DNA of 64,000 nt, taken from an uncultured Hyphomicrobiales bacterium. GTDB lineage: Bacteria; Pseudomonadota; Alphaproteobacteria; Rhizobiales; TMED25. Shown piece by piece: positions 38,373-47,050 of this stretch (its first letter is position 1; each line of letters starts with the position of its first letter). The stretch is taken from positions 803-64,802 of the forward strand of contig CAJIYR010000006.1 in the NCBI GenBank assembly GCA_905181735.1, read 5' to 3'. The notes under the pieces are model-generated. The model did not search any database and was not told the DNA's origin. It saw only the letters and a program-made list of their open reading frames with translations. Position numbers and translations under genes: made by a program.

Positions 38373-41240
38373 TTAGTGAGCTTCATCCCAATTAGTTGAT
38401 ACTTTTATATCAACTTTAATTGGAACTGATAATTTTATTATCGGTTCTGCTGCAGCTTCCATTGTATATTTTATTAATTCTTTTACTTCTTCTGCTTCGT
38501 TATCAGGGCATTCAAAGATTAATTCATCATGAACCGACAAAAGCATTTTTGTATTAATATTTTTATCTAGAAAAACATTATTTATATTAATCATGGCTCT
38601 TCTAATTATATCTGCCGCTGACCCTTGGATGGGCGCATTAATCGCCGCTCTTTCTGTAAAAGATCGAATAGCATGATTTTTTGAATTAATATCTTGATAA
38701 TGGCATTTCCTGCCAAATATTGTTTCTACAAATCCAAATTTATGAGCATATTCTTTTGTTTTATCCATATAATCTTGAATTCCAGGGAACTTTTTGAAAT
38801 AACTTTCGATATATTTTTGTGATTCTACTCTTGATATAGACAATTGATTTGCGAGACCAAATGCTGAAATTCCATATATTATACCAAAATTTATAGCTTT
38901 TGCTTTTTGTCTGGTTTCGGAGTCCATATTTTCTAATGGAATATTAAATATTTCTGATGCTGTGATTGCATGGATATCTAGGTCATCTGAGAAGGCTTTT
39001 TTTAGTGACGCAATATCAGCAATGTGTGCAAGGATTCTCAATTCAATCTGACTATAATCTGCAGAGATTAGGCAATTTTTACTTTTTGATATAAATGCTG
39101 ATCGAATTAGTCGACCTTCCTTAGTTCTTATTGGAATGTTCTGTAGATTAGGGTTAGATGATGATAGTCGGCCTGTTGATGTGGAGGCTAATGAGAAAGA
39201 AGTGTGTAATCTATTGGTTTTATTATTGATATACTTTGGCAAGGCATCTGTGTAAGTGGTTTTAAGTTTTGATAATTGCCGCCACTCTAATACGTGATTT
39301 GCAATAGGGTGTCCTAATAAAGAAATATTTTCTAGAATATCTGCACCGGTAGCCCACGATCCGGTTTTTGTTTTCTTCCCTCCATCTAGGTTCATTTTTT
39401 CAAATAAAATTTCACCTAGTTGCTTTGGACTTCCTATGTTAAATTCTTTACCAGATTCTATAAAAATAGAATTTTCTAGCTTTTTAATCGATAGAGTAAA
39501 TTTTTCTGATAATTTTTTAAGTATGTTTTGGTCTACTAATATTCCAGAGATATACATTTGAGATAATATTGGAATTAATGGTTTTTCCAATGTATCGTAA
39601 ACAGGTATCATTTTTTCTACGAACATCTGATTGTTTAAAATTTTCCACAAACGAAGCATACAATCGGTTTTCTGATTTGAATAAGAAGAAGCATCTTCAA
39701 TGGATATTTTATTGAAAGAAATAGTTGATTTTCCTGATCCAATGAGGTCTTTTTCGTTAGTAATATTAAAATCTAAATATTTTTTTGCTAAGTCAGTTAG
39801 ATTGTGCATTTCCGTTCCACTGTTGAGAACGTAAGACATAAGCATTATGTCATCTAAGCTGTTAATTTTTATATTTTTCTCTAACAGTAAAATAAAAGAA
39901 TTTTTAATATTGTGCCCTATTTTCAATATCGAACTATCTTGAATCATTTCTTTTAGTATTTTTAATGCAAAGTCTTCTTTAATTTGATTGGCTACCTTTA
40001 AATCAAATACTAAATCTGTAGAAATATGATTTAAGGGAATATATACAGCACTCCCAACTTTATATGACAATGATAAGCCTACTATCTCTGTTGTTAAAAG
40101 GTCTTGAGAAGAGGTTTCTAGGTTTATTGACACTATTCCTGAACTTCTTATTTTTTCAATATAGTCTTCTAATTCTTTTTCTTCTTTAATAATTATATAT
40201 TTCTGGCTATCGAATGGAATTTTTAGAATTTCATCAGTAATAGTCAAAGGATTTTGATTTATATTTACACTACTTAAATCTTTTTCTTTAAGATCTTTTT
40301 CAATATTATTGCTAATATTATATTTTCTGCTTACTTTTTCGCTAAAATTTGTTAATTCTAGCTTATTTGAAAAATCTATTAGTTTTTCTGGGTCTATATC
40401 TAATGAGGCTAACTTTTCAAGTTCAATTTCTATGGGTACATCTTGTCTGAGTAATGCCAGCTTATATGAGATCCTTGCATTATCTGCGTACTCAATTAGA
40501 TTTTCGCGACGTTTATTTTGTTTAACTTTTTCTGAATTTTTTAAAACCTCGACAAGCGAACCATACTCATTGATTAATTCAGCTGCTATCTTAATTCCTA
40601 TTCCAGGAACCCCCGGTATATTATCGGTTGAATCACCCGCTAACGCTTGAACGTCAACAACTTTGTTAGGCATTACCCCAAATTTATTTTTAACAGCCTC
40701 CTCGTCAATAAATCTCTCATTTCCAGGCATAGGATCATACATTTTAGTTTTATCATTAACTAACTGCATTAGATCTTTATCGCCAGATATAATGGTTACG
40801 TTTGCATTGTAGCTATTGGCTATTTTTGTATATGTGGCAATTAGATCGTCTGCTTCAAAGTTTTTTTGAATTATTGGCTCTAAATTAAAAGCCCGTATAG
40901 CATCATGTATCAAGGGAAATTGAGGGATTAGATCTTCAGGAGCAGATTCTCTGTTTGCTTTATATTTTGGATATATTTCATTTCTAAATGTGCTGCCCTT
41001 AGGATCAAATATAACCGCAGTATGGGTTGGGAATACCCCGTCTATACCATTATTTATAAGTTTCCACATCATATTACAGAACGCCATTACGGCTCCTGTT
41101 GGAGTGCCATCTGAATGAGTAAAGTTATTACCACGAGCTTGTGCGGCTTTATACATAGCAAAGTATGCACGAAAGATAAAAGTTGAACCATCTATAAGGT
41201 AAACCCTTGATTCAGAATTTAATGTTTTTTTATTGACCAC
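38373..41240 (-). CDS. polA: DNA polymerase I
   Basis: 955 aa with a 5'-nuclease domain (…LIDGSTFIFRAYFA…), a 3'-5' exonuclease domain and the polymerase motifs …DYSQIELR… and …QVHDE-like SVHDELIFE…; GTG start. Confidence 0.97.
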   Translation of the reverse strand: MVNKKTLNSESRVYLIDGSTFIFRAYFAMYKAAQARGNNFTHSDGTPTGAVMAFCNMMWKLINNGIDGVFPTHTAVIFDPKGSTFRNEIYPKYKANRESAPEDLIPQFPLIHDAIRAFNLEPIIQKNFEADDLIATYTKIANSYNANVTIISGDKDLMQLVNDKTKMYDPMPGNERFIDEEAVKNKFGVMPNKVVDVQALAGDSTDNIPGVPGIGIKIAAELINEYGSLVEVLKNSEKVKQNKRRENLIEYADNARISYKLALLRQDVPIEIELEKLASLDIDPEKLIDFSNKLELTNFSEKVSRKYNISNNIEKDLKEKDLSSVNINQNPLTITDEILKIPFDSQKYIIIKEEKELEDYIEKIRSSGIVSINLETSSQDLLTTEIVGLSLSYKVGSAVYIPLNHISTDLVFDLKVANQIKEDFALKILKEMIQDSSILKIGHNIKNSFILLLEKNIKINSLDDIMLMSYVLNSGTEMHNLTDLAKKYLDFNITNEKDLIGSGKSTISFNKISIEDASSYSNQKTDCMLRLWKILNNQMFVEKMIPVYDTLEKPLIPILSQMYISGILVDQNILKKLSEKFTLSIKKLENSIFIESGKEFNIGSPKQLGEILFEKMNLDGGKKTKTGSWATGADILENISLLGHPIANHVLEWRQLSKLKTTYTDALPKYINNKTNRLHTSFSLASTSTGRLSSSNPNLQNIPIRTKEGRLIRSAFISKSKNCLISADYSQIELRILAHIADIASLKKAFSDDLDIHAITASEIFNIPLENMDSETRQKAKAINFGIIYGISAFGLANQLSISRVESQKYIESYFKKFPGIQDYMDKTKEYAHKFGFVETIFGRKCHYQDINSKNHAIRSFTERAAINAPIQGSAADIIRRAMININNVFLDKNINTKMLLSVHDELIFECPDNEAEEVKELIKYTMEAAAEPIIKLSVPIKVDIKVSTNWDEAH

Positions 41241-41413
41241 TTCTATTTCTTTTATCGTTTTATCCTCAATTATTATTTTATTAAAAAAATTAAACCTTTT
41301 TTATTATTAGATTATTATTCAGAATCATGGAATAGTATATTTTCTATTATAATTTATAGATTATCTATGAGTGAATTAAATTACAAATTAAAAATCATTT
41401 TATAAAGGTTGGT

Positions 41414-42361
41414 ATGACTAGTTCTCAAACAAAATTTGCAATTGAAACAAAGTTACTAAATAAAGTTTATCGCAACAAGAGGTCTTTAACGAATAAACAT
41501 GCTTTGAAAGATGTGAGTATTGAGATAGAGCATGGTCAGATATATGGCTTGTTAGGGCCTAACGGGGCCGGGAAATCTACATTTATAAATATATTAGGTA
41601 ATCTTGTTCTAAAAACGTCAGGAGTTGCTAAAATTTGGGGTTATGATATTGAGAAGAATCCTAGGAATGCAAGGTCTGCAATTGGTATAGTACCGCAAGA
41701 ATTGAATTTAGATCCATTTTTTACTCCAATTGAAGTTTTAGAGACACAAGCAGGTTTATACGGGGTTCCTAAAAAAGATAGACATTCAATGGAACTGCTA
41801 AAGACTTTAAGGCTTGAGGACCAAGCACATGCATACGCTCGTTCATTATCTGGAGGAATGAGAAGAAGGTTATTGTTGGCTAAGGCAATGACACATAGTC
41901 CGCCAGTTTTAGTTCTTGATGAACCAACGGCCGGTGTAGATATTGAATTAAGACATCAGTTATGGGAATATGTTAAGAAGTTAAATAGAGAAGGAACTAC
42001 AATACTCTTAACAACACATTATCTAGAAGAAGCACAATCTTTATGTGATAGAATTGGTATTATAAATCATGGAAAAGTAGTTGCAGATGCTCCTACTAAA
42101 GATTTAATAAATAGTTTGGACAGGAAACAGGTATTAATAAAAACTGAAAAACCTTTATATGCTTGTCCATCCTTAAAGGGCGTAACTGACGTTATACTAA
42201 ACGAAGAAAATGTTCTGAATATAATTTATCAGCCTACAAAGATAGATTTTAATTGTATTCTATCTCAATTGCAGGATAAAGAAATCAATATTCAAGACAT
42301 AATAACAAAAGAAGCAGATCTAGAAGATATATTTTTAGAATTAACAAACACAAATGAGTAA
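41414..42361 (+). CDS. ABC transporter ATP-binding protein (ABC-2/YadG-like), no adjacent permease
   Basis: Walker A GPNGAGKST, signature LSGGMRRR, Walker B VLVLDEP and a ~90-aa C-terminal extension. Confidence 0.85.
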   Translation: MTSSQTKFAIETKLLNKVYRNKRSLTNKHALKDVSIEIEHGQIYGLLGPNGAGKSTFINILGNLVLKTSGVAKIWGYDIEKNPRNARSAIGIVPQELNLDPFFTPIEVLETQAGLYGVPKKDRHSMELLKTLRLEDQAHAYARSLSGGMRRRLLLAKAMTHSPPVLVLDEPTAGVDIELRHQLWEYVKKLNREGTTILLTTHYLEEAQSLCDRIGIINHGKVVADAPTKDLINSLDRKQVLIKTEKPLYACPSLKGVTDVILNEENVLNIIYQPTKIDFNCILSQLQDKEINIQDIITKEADLEDIFLELTNTNE

Positions 42362-42385
42362 AATAGCAATCTAAACAATAAAAAA

Positions 42386-42417
42386 GCCAGGTTTAATTAA
42401 AAACCTGGCTTTTTTTA
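42386..42417. terminator. bidirectional Rho-independent terminator
   Basis: AAAAA-GCCAGGTTT-aattaa-AAACCTGGC-TTTTTTTT lies between the convergent genes 41414..42361 (+) and 42435..42650 (-). Confidence 0.85.
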
Positions 42418-42434
42418 TTGTTCAAAAAAAATAA

Positions 42435-42650
42435 CTATTTTAGTGTGTTCATAACTATTAAAGCTGCTATTACACCAATTAGTCCTGCACCTGAGAATTG
42501 ATTTATAAGATCAATCAGGTTGCCTGCAACATTTGCGTTAATAAATGCAAGTGCATCAGGAAATAGAATTTGTAAAACTACTCCTAAGCCTACAACAACT
42601 AAAGCAACTTCAATACCGCTTTTCAGCATACTTGTTAAAGATGATAACAT
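42435..42650 (-). CDS. small two-helix membrane protein, paralog A (71 aa), unknown family
   Basis: MLSSLTSMLKSGIEVALVVVGLGVVLQILFPDALAFINANVAGNLIDLINQFSGAGLIGVIAALIVMNTLK. The RBS context is AATGGGAGAA-taaa-ATG. Confidence 0.65.
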   Translation of the reverse strand: MLSSLTSMLKSGIEVALVVVGLGVVLQILFPDALAFINANVAGNLIDLINQFSGAGLIGVIAALIVMNTLK

Positions 42651-42753
42651 TTTATTCTCCCATTAGTTTTTTAAAAAAGTTAAGCAAAATATTACAGCAC
42701 ACAAAGTTTAACTTACAGTGCACTATAAACCGAAAAAATTAGTAATTTATAGC

Positions 42754-42987
42754 TTATTTACGCACAATAAGGTATGCAACGACCCCTGCAGCAATTAAGC
42801 CAACAAGCCCTTCGTTACCAAACTGTGACACTAAACTTCCAATATTTCCAAGGATATCTATTCCGAAGAACAGGACGAAACTATCGCCAAATAAAACTTG
42901 GAGTAAGGTCATTAGCGAAACAAGCCAGAGAACCATTTCAAGAGCGCTTGATAGGGTTCCTCTTAATTTATCTAATAATGCTGTCAT
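42754..42987 (-). CDS. small two-helix membrane protein, paralog B (77 aa from ATG 42987), unknown family
   Basis: MTALLDKLRGTLSSALEMVLWLVSLMTLLQVLFGDSFVLFFGIDILGNIGSLVSQFGNEGLVGLIAAGVVAYLIVRK. The start is reassigned from 43014 because the identical RBS context AATGGGAGAA-gta-ATG precedes 42987. Confidence 0.65.
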   Translation of the reverse strand: MTALLDKLRGTLSSALEMVLWLVSLMTLLQVLFGDSFVLFFGIDILGNIGSLVSQFGNEGLVGLIAAGVVAYLIVRK

Positions 42988-43260
42988 TACTTCTCCCATT
43001 TTTAAAACTATCATACGAAAAAATTATCAATGATAGAATCATTATGTAAAGTCTAATTATTGACTAAAAAATAGTCAAGTGATTAAAAAAGATACAATAT
43101 TTTTTTAAATCTAAATAGTTGATAAATTATTAATATTTTTTTTATTAAAATTATTTAATTATTAATTAGCCATTATTTTAAGTTAATTTTTTTTTTTCAT
43201 AAAATTAAGAAAAATCATTTATATTAGATGCTTATTGTAACTTTAATAAGAGGGGTATTT

Positions 43261-44106
43261 ATGAAGCCATTCATTGGAAATAGCATTTTGATTACAGGAT
43301 GTTCAAGTGGAATAGGTCTATGTGTAGCAAGGGATATGCATGATTTAGGATGGAATGTTGTTGCCGCCTGTAGAAAGAAAAAAGATTCGACCTTTATTCA
43401 AGAAAATTATGGAATTAAAAGTGTTGTTATAGATTATGAAAAAGAAGAGACTATTCAATCTGGTATGGAAATAGCATTAAAAAAACTGAATGGCAGGTTA
43501 GATGTTTTATTTAACAATGGAGCTTATGCGATGCCAGGAGCTGTAGAGGATATTCCTGTGGATTCTTTACGAAAAATATTTGAAGCGAACTTTTTTGGTT
43601 GGCATTTATTAACAAAAGAGGCAATTCCTATAATGAGGAAACAAGGTTTTGGAAGAATAATACAAAATTCATCAGTACTAGGTTTTGCCGCCCTAAGGTA
43701 TCGAGGTGCTTATAACGCTACTAAATTTGCTTTAGAGGGTTTAACGGATACCTTGAGATTAGAATTATATGATACGGGTATTAAGGTTATTTTAATAGAA
43801 CCTGGTCCAATAAGAACTAAAATAAGAGAAAATTCATACCCACACTTTAAAAAATCAATAAAATGGAAAGATTCTCCTAACGGATCTATCTATGAAAAAT
43901 ATTTAATTCCAAGATTAGAACAAGTAGATCCTCCAATGGATAGATTCGAACTAATGCCAAGTGCTGTTAGTAAGGCGGTAATTCATGCATGTACTTCAAA
44001 GAATCCACATAATAGATATCGCGTAACATTAGCAACAAAAATAATAATGATTTTAAAAAGACTACTAACATCAAAAGCATTTGATTCGATTGCTAGAAAA
44101 ATATAA
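43261..44106 (+). CDS. short-chain dehydrogenase/reductase (SDR)
   Basis: …ILITGCSSGIGL… and the …YNATKFAL… (YxxxK) motif. The start is moved to ATG 43261 (AGAGGGG RBS). Confidence 0.85.
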   Translation: MKPFIGNSILITGCSSGIGLCVARDMHDLGWNVVAACRKKKDSTFIQENYGIKSVVIDYEKEETIQSGMEIALKKLNGRLDVLFNNGAYAMPGAVEDIPVDSLRKIFEANFFGWHLLTKEAIPIMRKQGFGRIIQNSSVLGFAALRYRGAYNATKFALEGLTDTLRLELYDTGIKVILIEPGPIRTKIRENSYPHFKKSIKWKDSPNGSIYEKYLIPRLEQVDPPMDRFELMPSAVSKAVIHACTSKNPHNRYRVTLATKIIMILKRLLTSKAFDSIARKI

Positions 44107-44158
44107 GCTATCTTATAATACGCTTCTTATTAATAATTATATTTAAGGAATTTATAAA

Positions 44159-44974
44159 ATGAAATATTTTATAACTTTTATGTTTTTTATGATAACAACT
44201 TCTGCATTTGCAAAATGTCCAGATATAGATGAGATGAAAGTAGATAATAGTTTTGGTGTAGAAATTTGTGCTATGCCAGGTGTTAAACAAATTCTTTTAG
44301 ATCATGCAACTTCAGTCATGGATAAAATACTTGATTATGATCAAGACGGATTAGTTGATAATCAAGATGTAGTTGATACTCTTGTGAAAAGTGGAAGTGT
44401 TTATGTTATTTTTAGAAGTGAAAGACAGGAAGATGAGTTTGAAGAGGCTTTTTATGAAGATAACATGGATTACATTGAGGAAGTATGTTTTCCACTTGAA
44501 GATGAAAGAGATTATGTTGGATTTGATGAATGCATAGAGCAGTTTGGAACATTCCTCGCAGTTTTTACTAACGAAATGAATACTGGCAAAGGTTGGGATC
44601 CAACGATTGAAGAGGCTTTGCATTTAGTAACGCACGCAGGATATGCTCAATTCTATTATGATCAATTTGGTCAACATAAGGATTCATATATTGCTAAATT
44701 AATGGATCAGGCAAGAGGGGGTTATTTTGAAAAAAGCCAAAGAAGATACCCTCATGGTTCATATTATACTTATGATGACAGATCATGTTCTTATTCTTGT
44801 CAAATTACAGAATTTACCTATTGGTCCATTACATCTTTGAGAGGCCAGCAGGCAAATAGAAAGCTTAAAGATATTAAGGAAGAATGGAAATTAAATACTC
44901 CTGAAAAAATGAGAGAAATTGCTCCAGACCTAGTAGCTTTTTTAGAAGACCCTGAATATAAAATAAAATTTTAA
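44159..44974 (+). CDS. hypothetical secreted protein
   Basis: Signal peptide MKYFITFMFFMITTSAFA/KC, an acidic N-half, and …EEALHLVTHAGY… (an HxxxH motif). No recognisable family. Confidence 0.5.
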   Translation: MKYFITFMFFMITTSAFAKCPDIDEMKVDNSFGVEICAMPGVKQILLDHATSVMDKILDYDQDGLVDNQDVVDTLVKSGSVYVIFRSERQEDEFEEAFYEDNMDYIEEVCFPLEDERDYVGFDECIEQFGTFLAVFTNEMNTGKGWDPTIEEALHLVTHAGYAQFYYDQFGQHKDSYIAKLMDQARGGYFEKSQRRYPHGSYYTYDDRSCSYSCQITEFTYWSITSLRGQQANRKLKDIKEEWKLNTPEKMREIAPDLVAFLEDPEYKIKF

Positions 44975-45004
44975 TTATTTTTTTGATATTTATCTTATTT
45001 TTAT

Positions 45005-45081
45005 GCACCCGTAGCTCAGCTGGATAGAGTAGGTGGCTTCGAACCACTTGGTCGGGAGTTCGAATCTCTCCGGGTGCACCA
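45005..45081 (+). tRNA. tRNA-Arg (anticodon TCG)
   Basis: GCACCCGTAGCTCAGCTGGATAGAGTAGGTGGCTTCGAACCACTTGGTCGGGAGTTCGAATCTCTCCGGGTGCACCA folds as a cloverleaf. The anticodon loop is CTTCGAA and the CCA is encoded. Confidence 0.95.
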
Positions 45082-45090
45082 TTTTAGAAT

Positions 45091-45390
45091 CTAAGATTTT
45101 TTATTAAGAAAATATTTTTTTATTTTATGCAGCATAAAAGCTATGGCCGCTAATCCTATAAACACAAAATTAGCTTGGATATATACGTAATAAATATCAA
45201 CGCCAAATAATATGTTGGTTTTAGTCCAAAGATTTTGTACCCAATAAATATTTGACAGAATAGGTAAGCTAGCACTTAACACGCCCACGACCAATCCTTT
45301 TGATACGAAGGCTATGCTTACTGTTGAAAGATAAACTATAACTCCAAGAATAAATAAAATTCTTGATAATATTCCTTGTATGATTCTCAT
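45091..45390 (-). CDS. hypothetical small membrane protein
   Basis: 99 aa with three hydrophobic helices. Confidence 0.4.
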   Translation of the reverse strand: MRIIQGILSRILFILGVIVYLSTVSIAFVSKGLVVGVLSASLPILSNIYWVQNLWTKTNILFGVDIYYVYIQANFVFIGLAAIAFMLHKIKKYFLNKKS

Positions 45391-45461
45391 TTGAAGTCTT
45401 CTCTTTATTGTTTTTTAATCTCTATAATGTAACTTTATTATTCTTTGTTAAGGGATGCAAT

Positions 45462-45794
45462 ATGTATTGGTTATATTTATTCTTAGCTATAAGCTCTGAA
45501 GTATTAGGAACTAGTTTTCTAAAATTATCAAATGGTTTCTCTGTGCTTTATCCTTCACTAATTGCCGTGTGTTGTTTTTTATTTTCTTTTTATTTTTTAT
45601 CTCTTACTTTAAAATATGTACCCGTAGGTATTATCTATGCTATTTGGTCAGGTGCTGGCATTTTTTTTATTTCTTTGATTGGTATTGTTTTTTTTAAACA
45701 AAGTTTAGATATTGCAGCATTGATAGGCATGAGCTTGATAATATTAGGTGTAATCATAATTTATACTTTATCAGACAGTTTAAGAATTAATTGA
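45462..45794 (+). CDS. SMR-family multidrug efflux transporter (EmrE/QacE-like)
   Basis: MYWLYLFLAISSEVLGTSFLKLSNGF… and …YAIWSGAGIFFISL… are colinear with E. coli EmrE, including the membrane Glu14. The start is moved to ATG 45462 (AAGGGA RBS). Confidence 0.85.
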   Translation: MYWLYLFLAISSEVLGTSFLKLSNGFSVLYPSLIAVCCFLFSFYFLSLTLKYVPVGIIYAIWSGAGIFFISLIGIVFFKQSLDIAALIGMSLIILGVIIIYTLSDSLRIN

Positions 45795-46649
45795 TTATTT
45801 TAAGTCAAGGTCAGTTTGAGATACAGAGTGGTTCCATAGTTTATTCCTTAATTCTTTATTCAAGACGATCTTATTAGGATGCTCAATTATCAAAGGATTT
45901 CCTTTGTGTTGTTTTAGTGTATCTAATCCTACAAAATCTTTTCCTTTAATTGAGGCATCTAAGCCAGCTTTAATCAAAGGCGCAGCTCCTTTTGAAACAT
46001 TATGATGACGATTAAGTAACATATACTTCATTTTTAGCTTCAAAGAATATTTTTGGATATTAGTTAGAACAACACCTGGATGTCCTGATACAGCTATTGT
46101 TTCGTATTTCTTGTCTTTTAATCTATTGTCAAGTTCATAGGTAAACATTGACCGCATTAATGTGCTGTCTTCATAGACTTTCATCCTATTAAATTTTGCA
46201 TGTTTCACATATTGGTCTATATTTAATGTTTTTGGCCTGAAGCTAGCAAGGCTTGATGTATTAATTATACGTGAGCCCGGAACTTTTTTCATTAGGTGAA
46301 TTAATGAATTAGTTAAATAGAAATAGGATAGATAATTAACGCCATATGTTAATTCGTAGCCCTCATTGGTTTCTTTATGGGGAGGAAGGAAAACACCTCC
46401 ATTGTTAAAAAGATAATTAATATTTTCAAACTGGCTATTTATCGAATGGCAAAATTTTTCCATACTTTCAAAATTAGCGAGGTCACAATGGAGGTATTTT
46501 GATTTTTCGCCTAGATATTTTTCTACTTCTTTCCCTTGCTTCTCATTTCTGCAGGCTAGTATTGTGTAAATATTATTTGCAACCAATTGCTTTGCTATTT
46601 CTTTTCCTATTCCTGAGTTGGCCCCAGTAACTATTGCTATTTTATTCAT
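45795..46649 (-). CDS. SDR-family oxidoreductase (retinol-dehydrogenase-like)
   Basis: …IAIVTGANSGIGKEIA…; 284 aa. Confidence 0.8.
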   Translation of the reverse strand: MNKIAIVTGANSGIGKEIAKQLVANNIYTILACRNEKQGKEVEKYLGEKSKYLHCDLANFESMEKFCHSINSQFENINYLFNNGGVFLPPHKETNEGYELTYGVNYLSYFYLTNSLIHLMKKVPGSRIINTSSLASFRPKTLNIDQYVKHAKFNRMKVYEDSTLMRSMFTYELDNRLKDKKYETIAVSGHPGVVLTNIQKYSLKLKMKYMLLNRHHNVSKGAAPLIKAGLDASIKGKDFVGLDTLKQHKGNPLIIEHPNKIVLNKELRNKLWNHSVSQTDLDLK

Positions 46650-46695
46650 ATTTTTGTTCCGATCATAATAAAGGGTAATTATTTGAGATATATTA

Positions 46696-46998
46696 TTATT
46701 TTCTTACCCATTTTTTAATTAGATTAATAGTCTTTAGTAGTTCAGATTTCCTTTTAAGGGGGTCTTCATGCCGTAGATTTTTTTGAAAGGAACGGCTAAA
46801 TATTTCGCCTTTTTCAATATTATCTTCAACGTAATCTAAAATATCATTAAACTCTGAATCTTGTATATACTCATAGGAACATCTTTTATAAATATTTTCT
46901 AGTCTTTTTACAATAATAGAGATTTCATCGTTAGATTTTATAGATTCCGACCAATCCCCACCGAAGGCAACATTTTTTAGTTGATTTTTTTTATCCAT
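46696..46998 (-). CDS. hypothetical protein (100 aa) divergent from the Y-family polymerase, sharing its LexA box
   Basis: Clean ORF of no recognisable family. Its start lies 6 nt from the SOS box. Confidence 0.5.
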   Translation of the reverse strand: MDKKNQLKNVAFGGDWSESIKSNDEISIIVKRLENIYKRCSYEYIQDSEFNDILDYVEDNIEKGEIFSRSFQKNLRHEDPLKRKSELLKTINLIKKWVRK

Positions 46999-47003
46999 TA
47001 TGA

Positions 47004-47018
47004 GAACAAAGTAAGAAC
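47004..47018. promoter_or_regulatory. alphaproteobacterial-type LexA (SOS) box GAAC-N7-GAAC
   Basis: GAACaaagtaaGAAC was read directly in the 52-bp divergent intergenic region, 33 nt upstream of the polymerase ATG. Confidence 0.7.
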
Positions 47019-47050
47019 AAAATTAAAAAAAATAAAGAAAAAAATTAAAA

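Noticed and set aside
43029-43043. Fur-box-like inverted repeat AATGAT-aga-ATCATT upstream of small-protein paralog B
   Set aside because: The arms match the Fur core, but the spacing is 6-3-6 rather than 6-1-6. The arms are only 6 bp in very AT-rich DNA, and paralog A has no similar site. The evidence is insufficient.
45391-45461. Guanidine (ykkC / mini-ykkC) riboswitch upstream of the SMR gene
   Set aside because: There are no ACGR-loop hairpins or GC stems. The protein looks like the EmrE/Qac type rather than the Gdx type.
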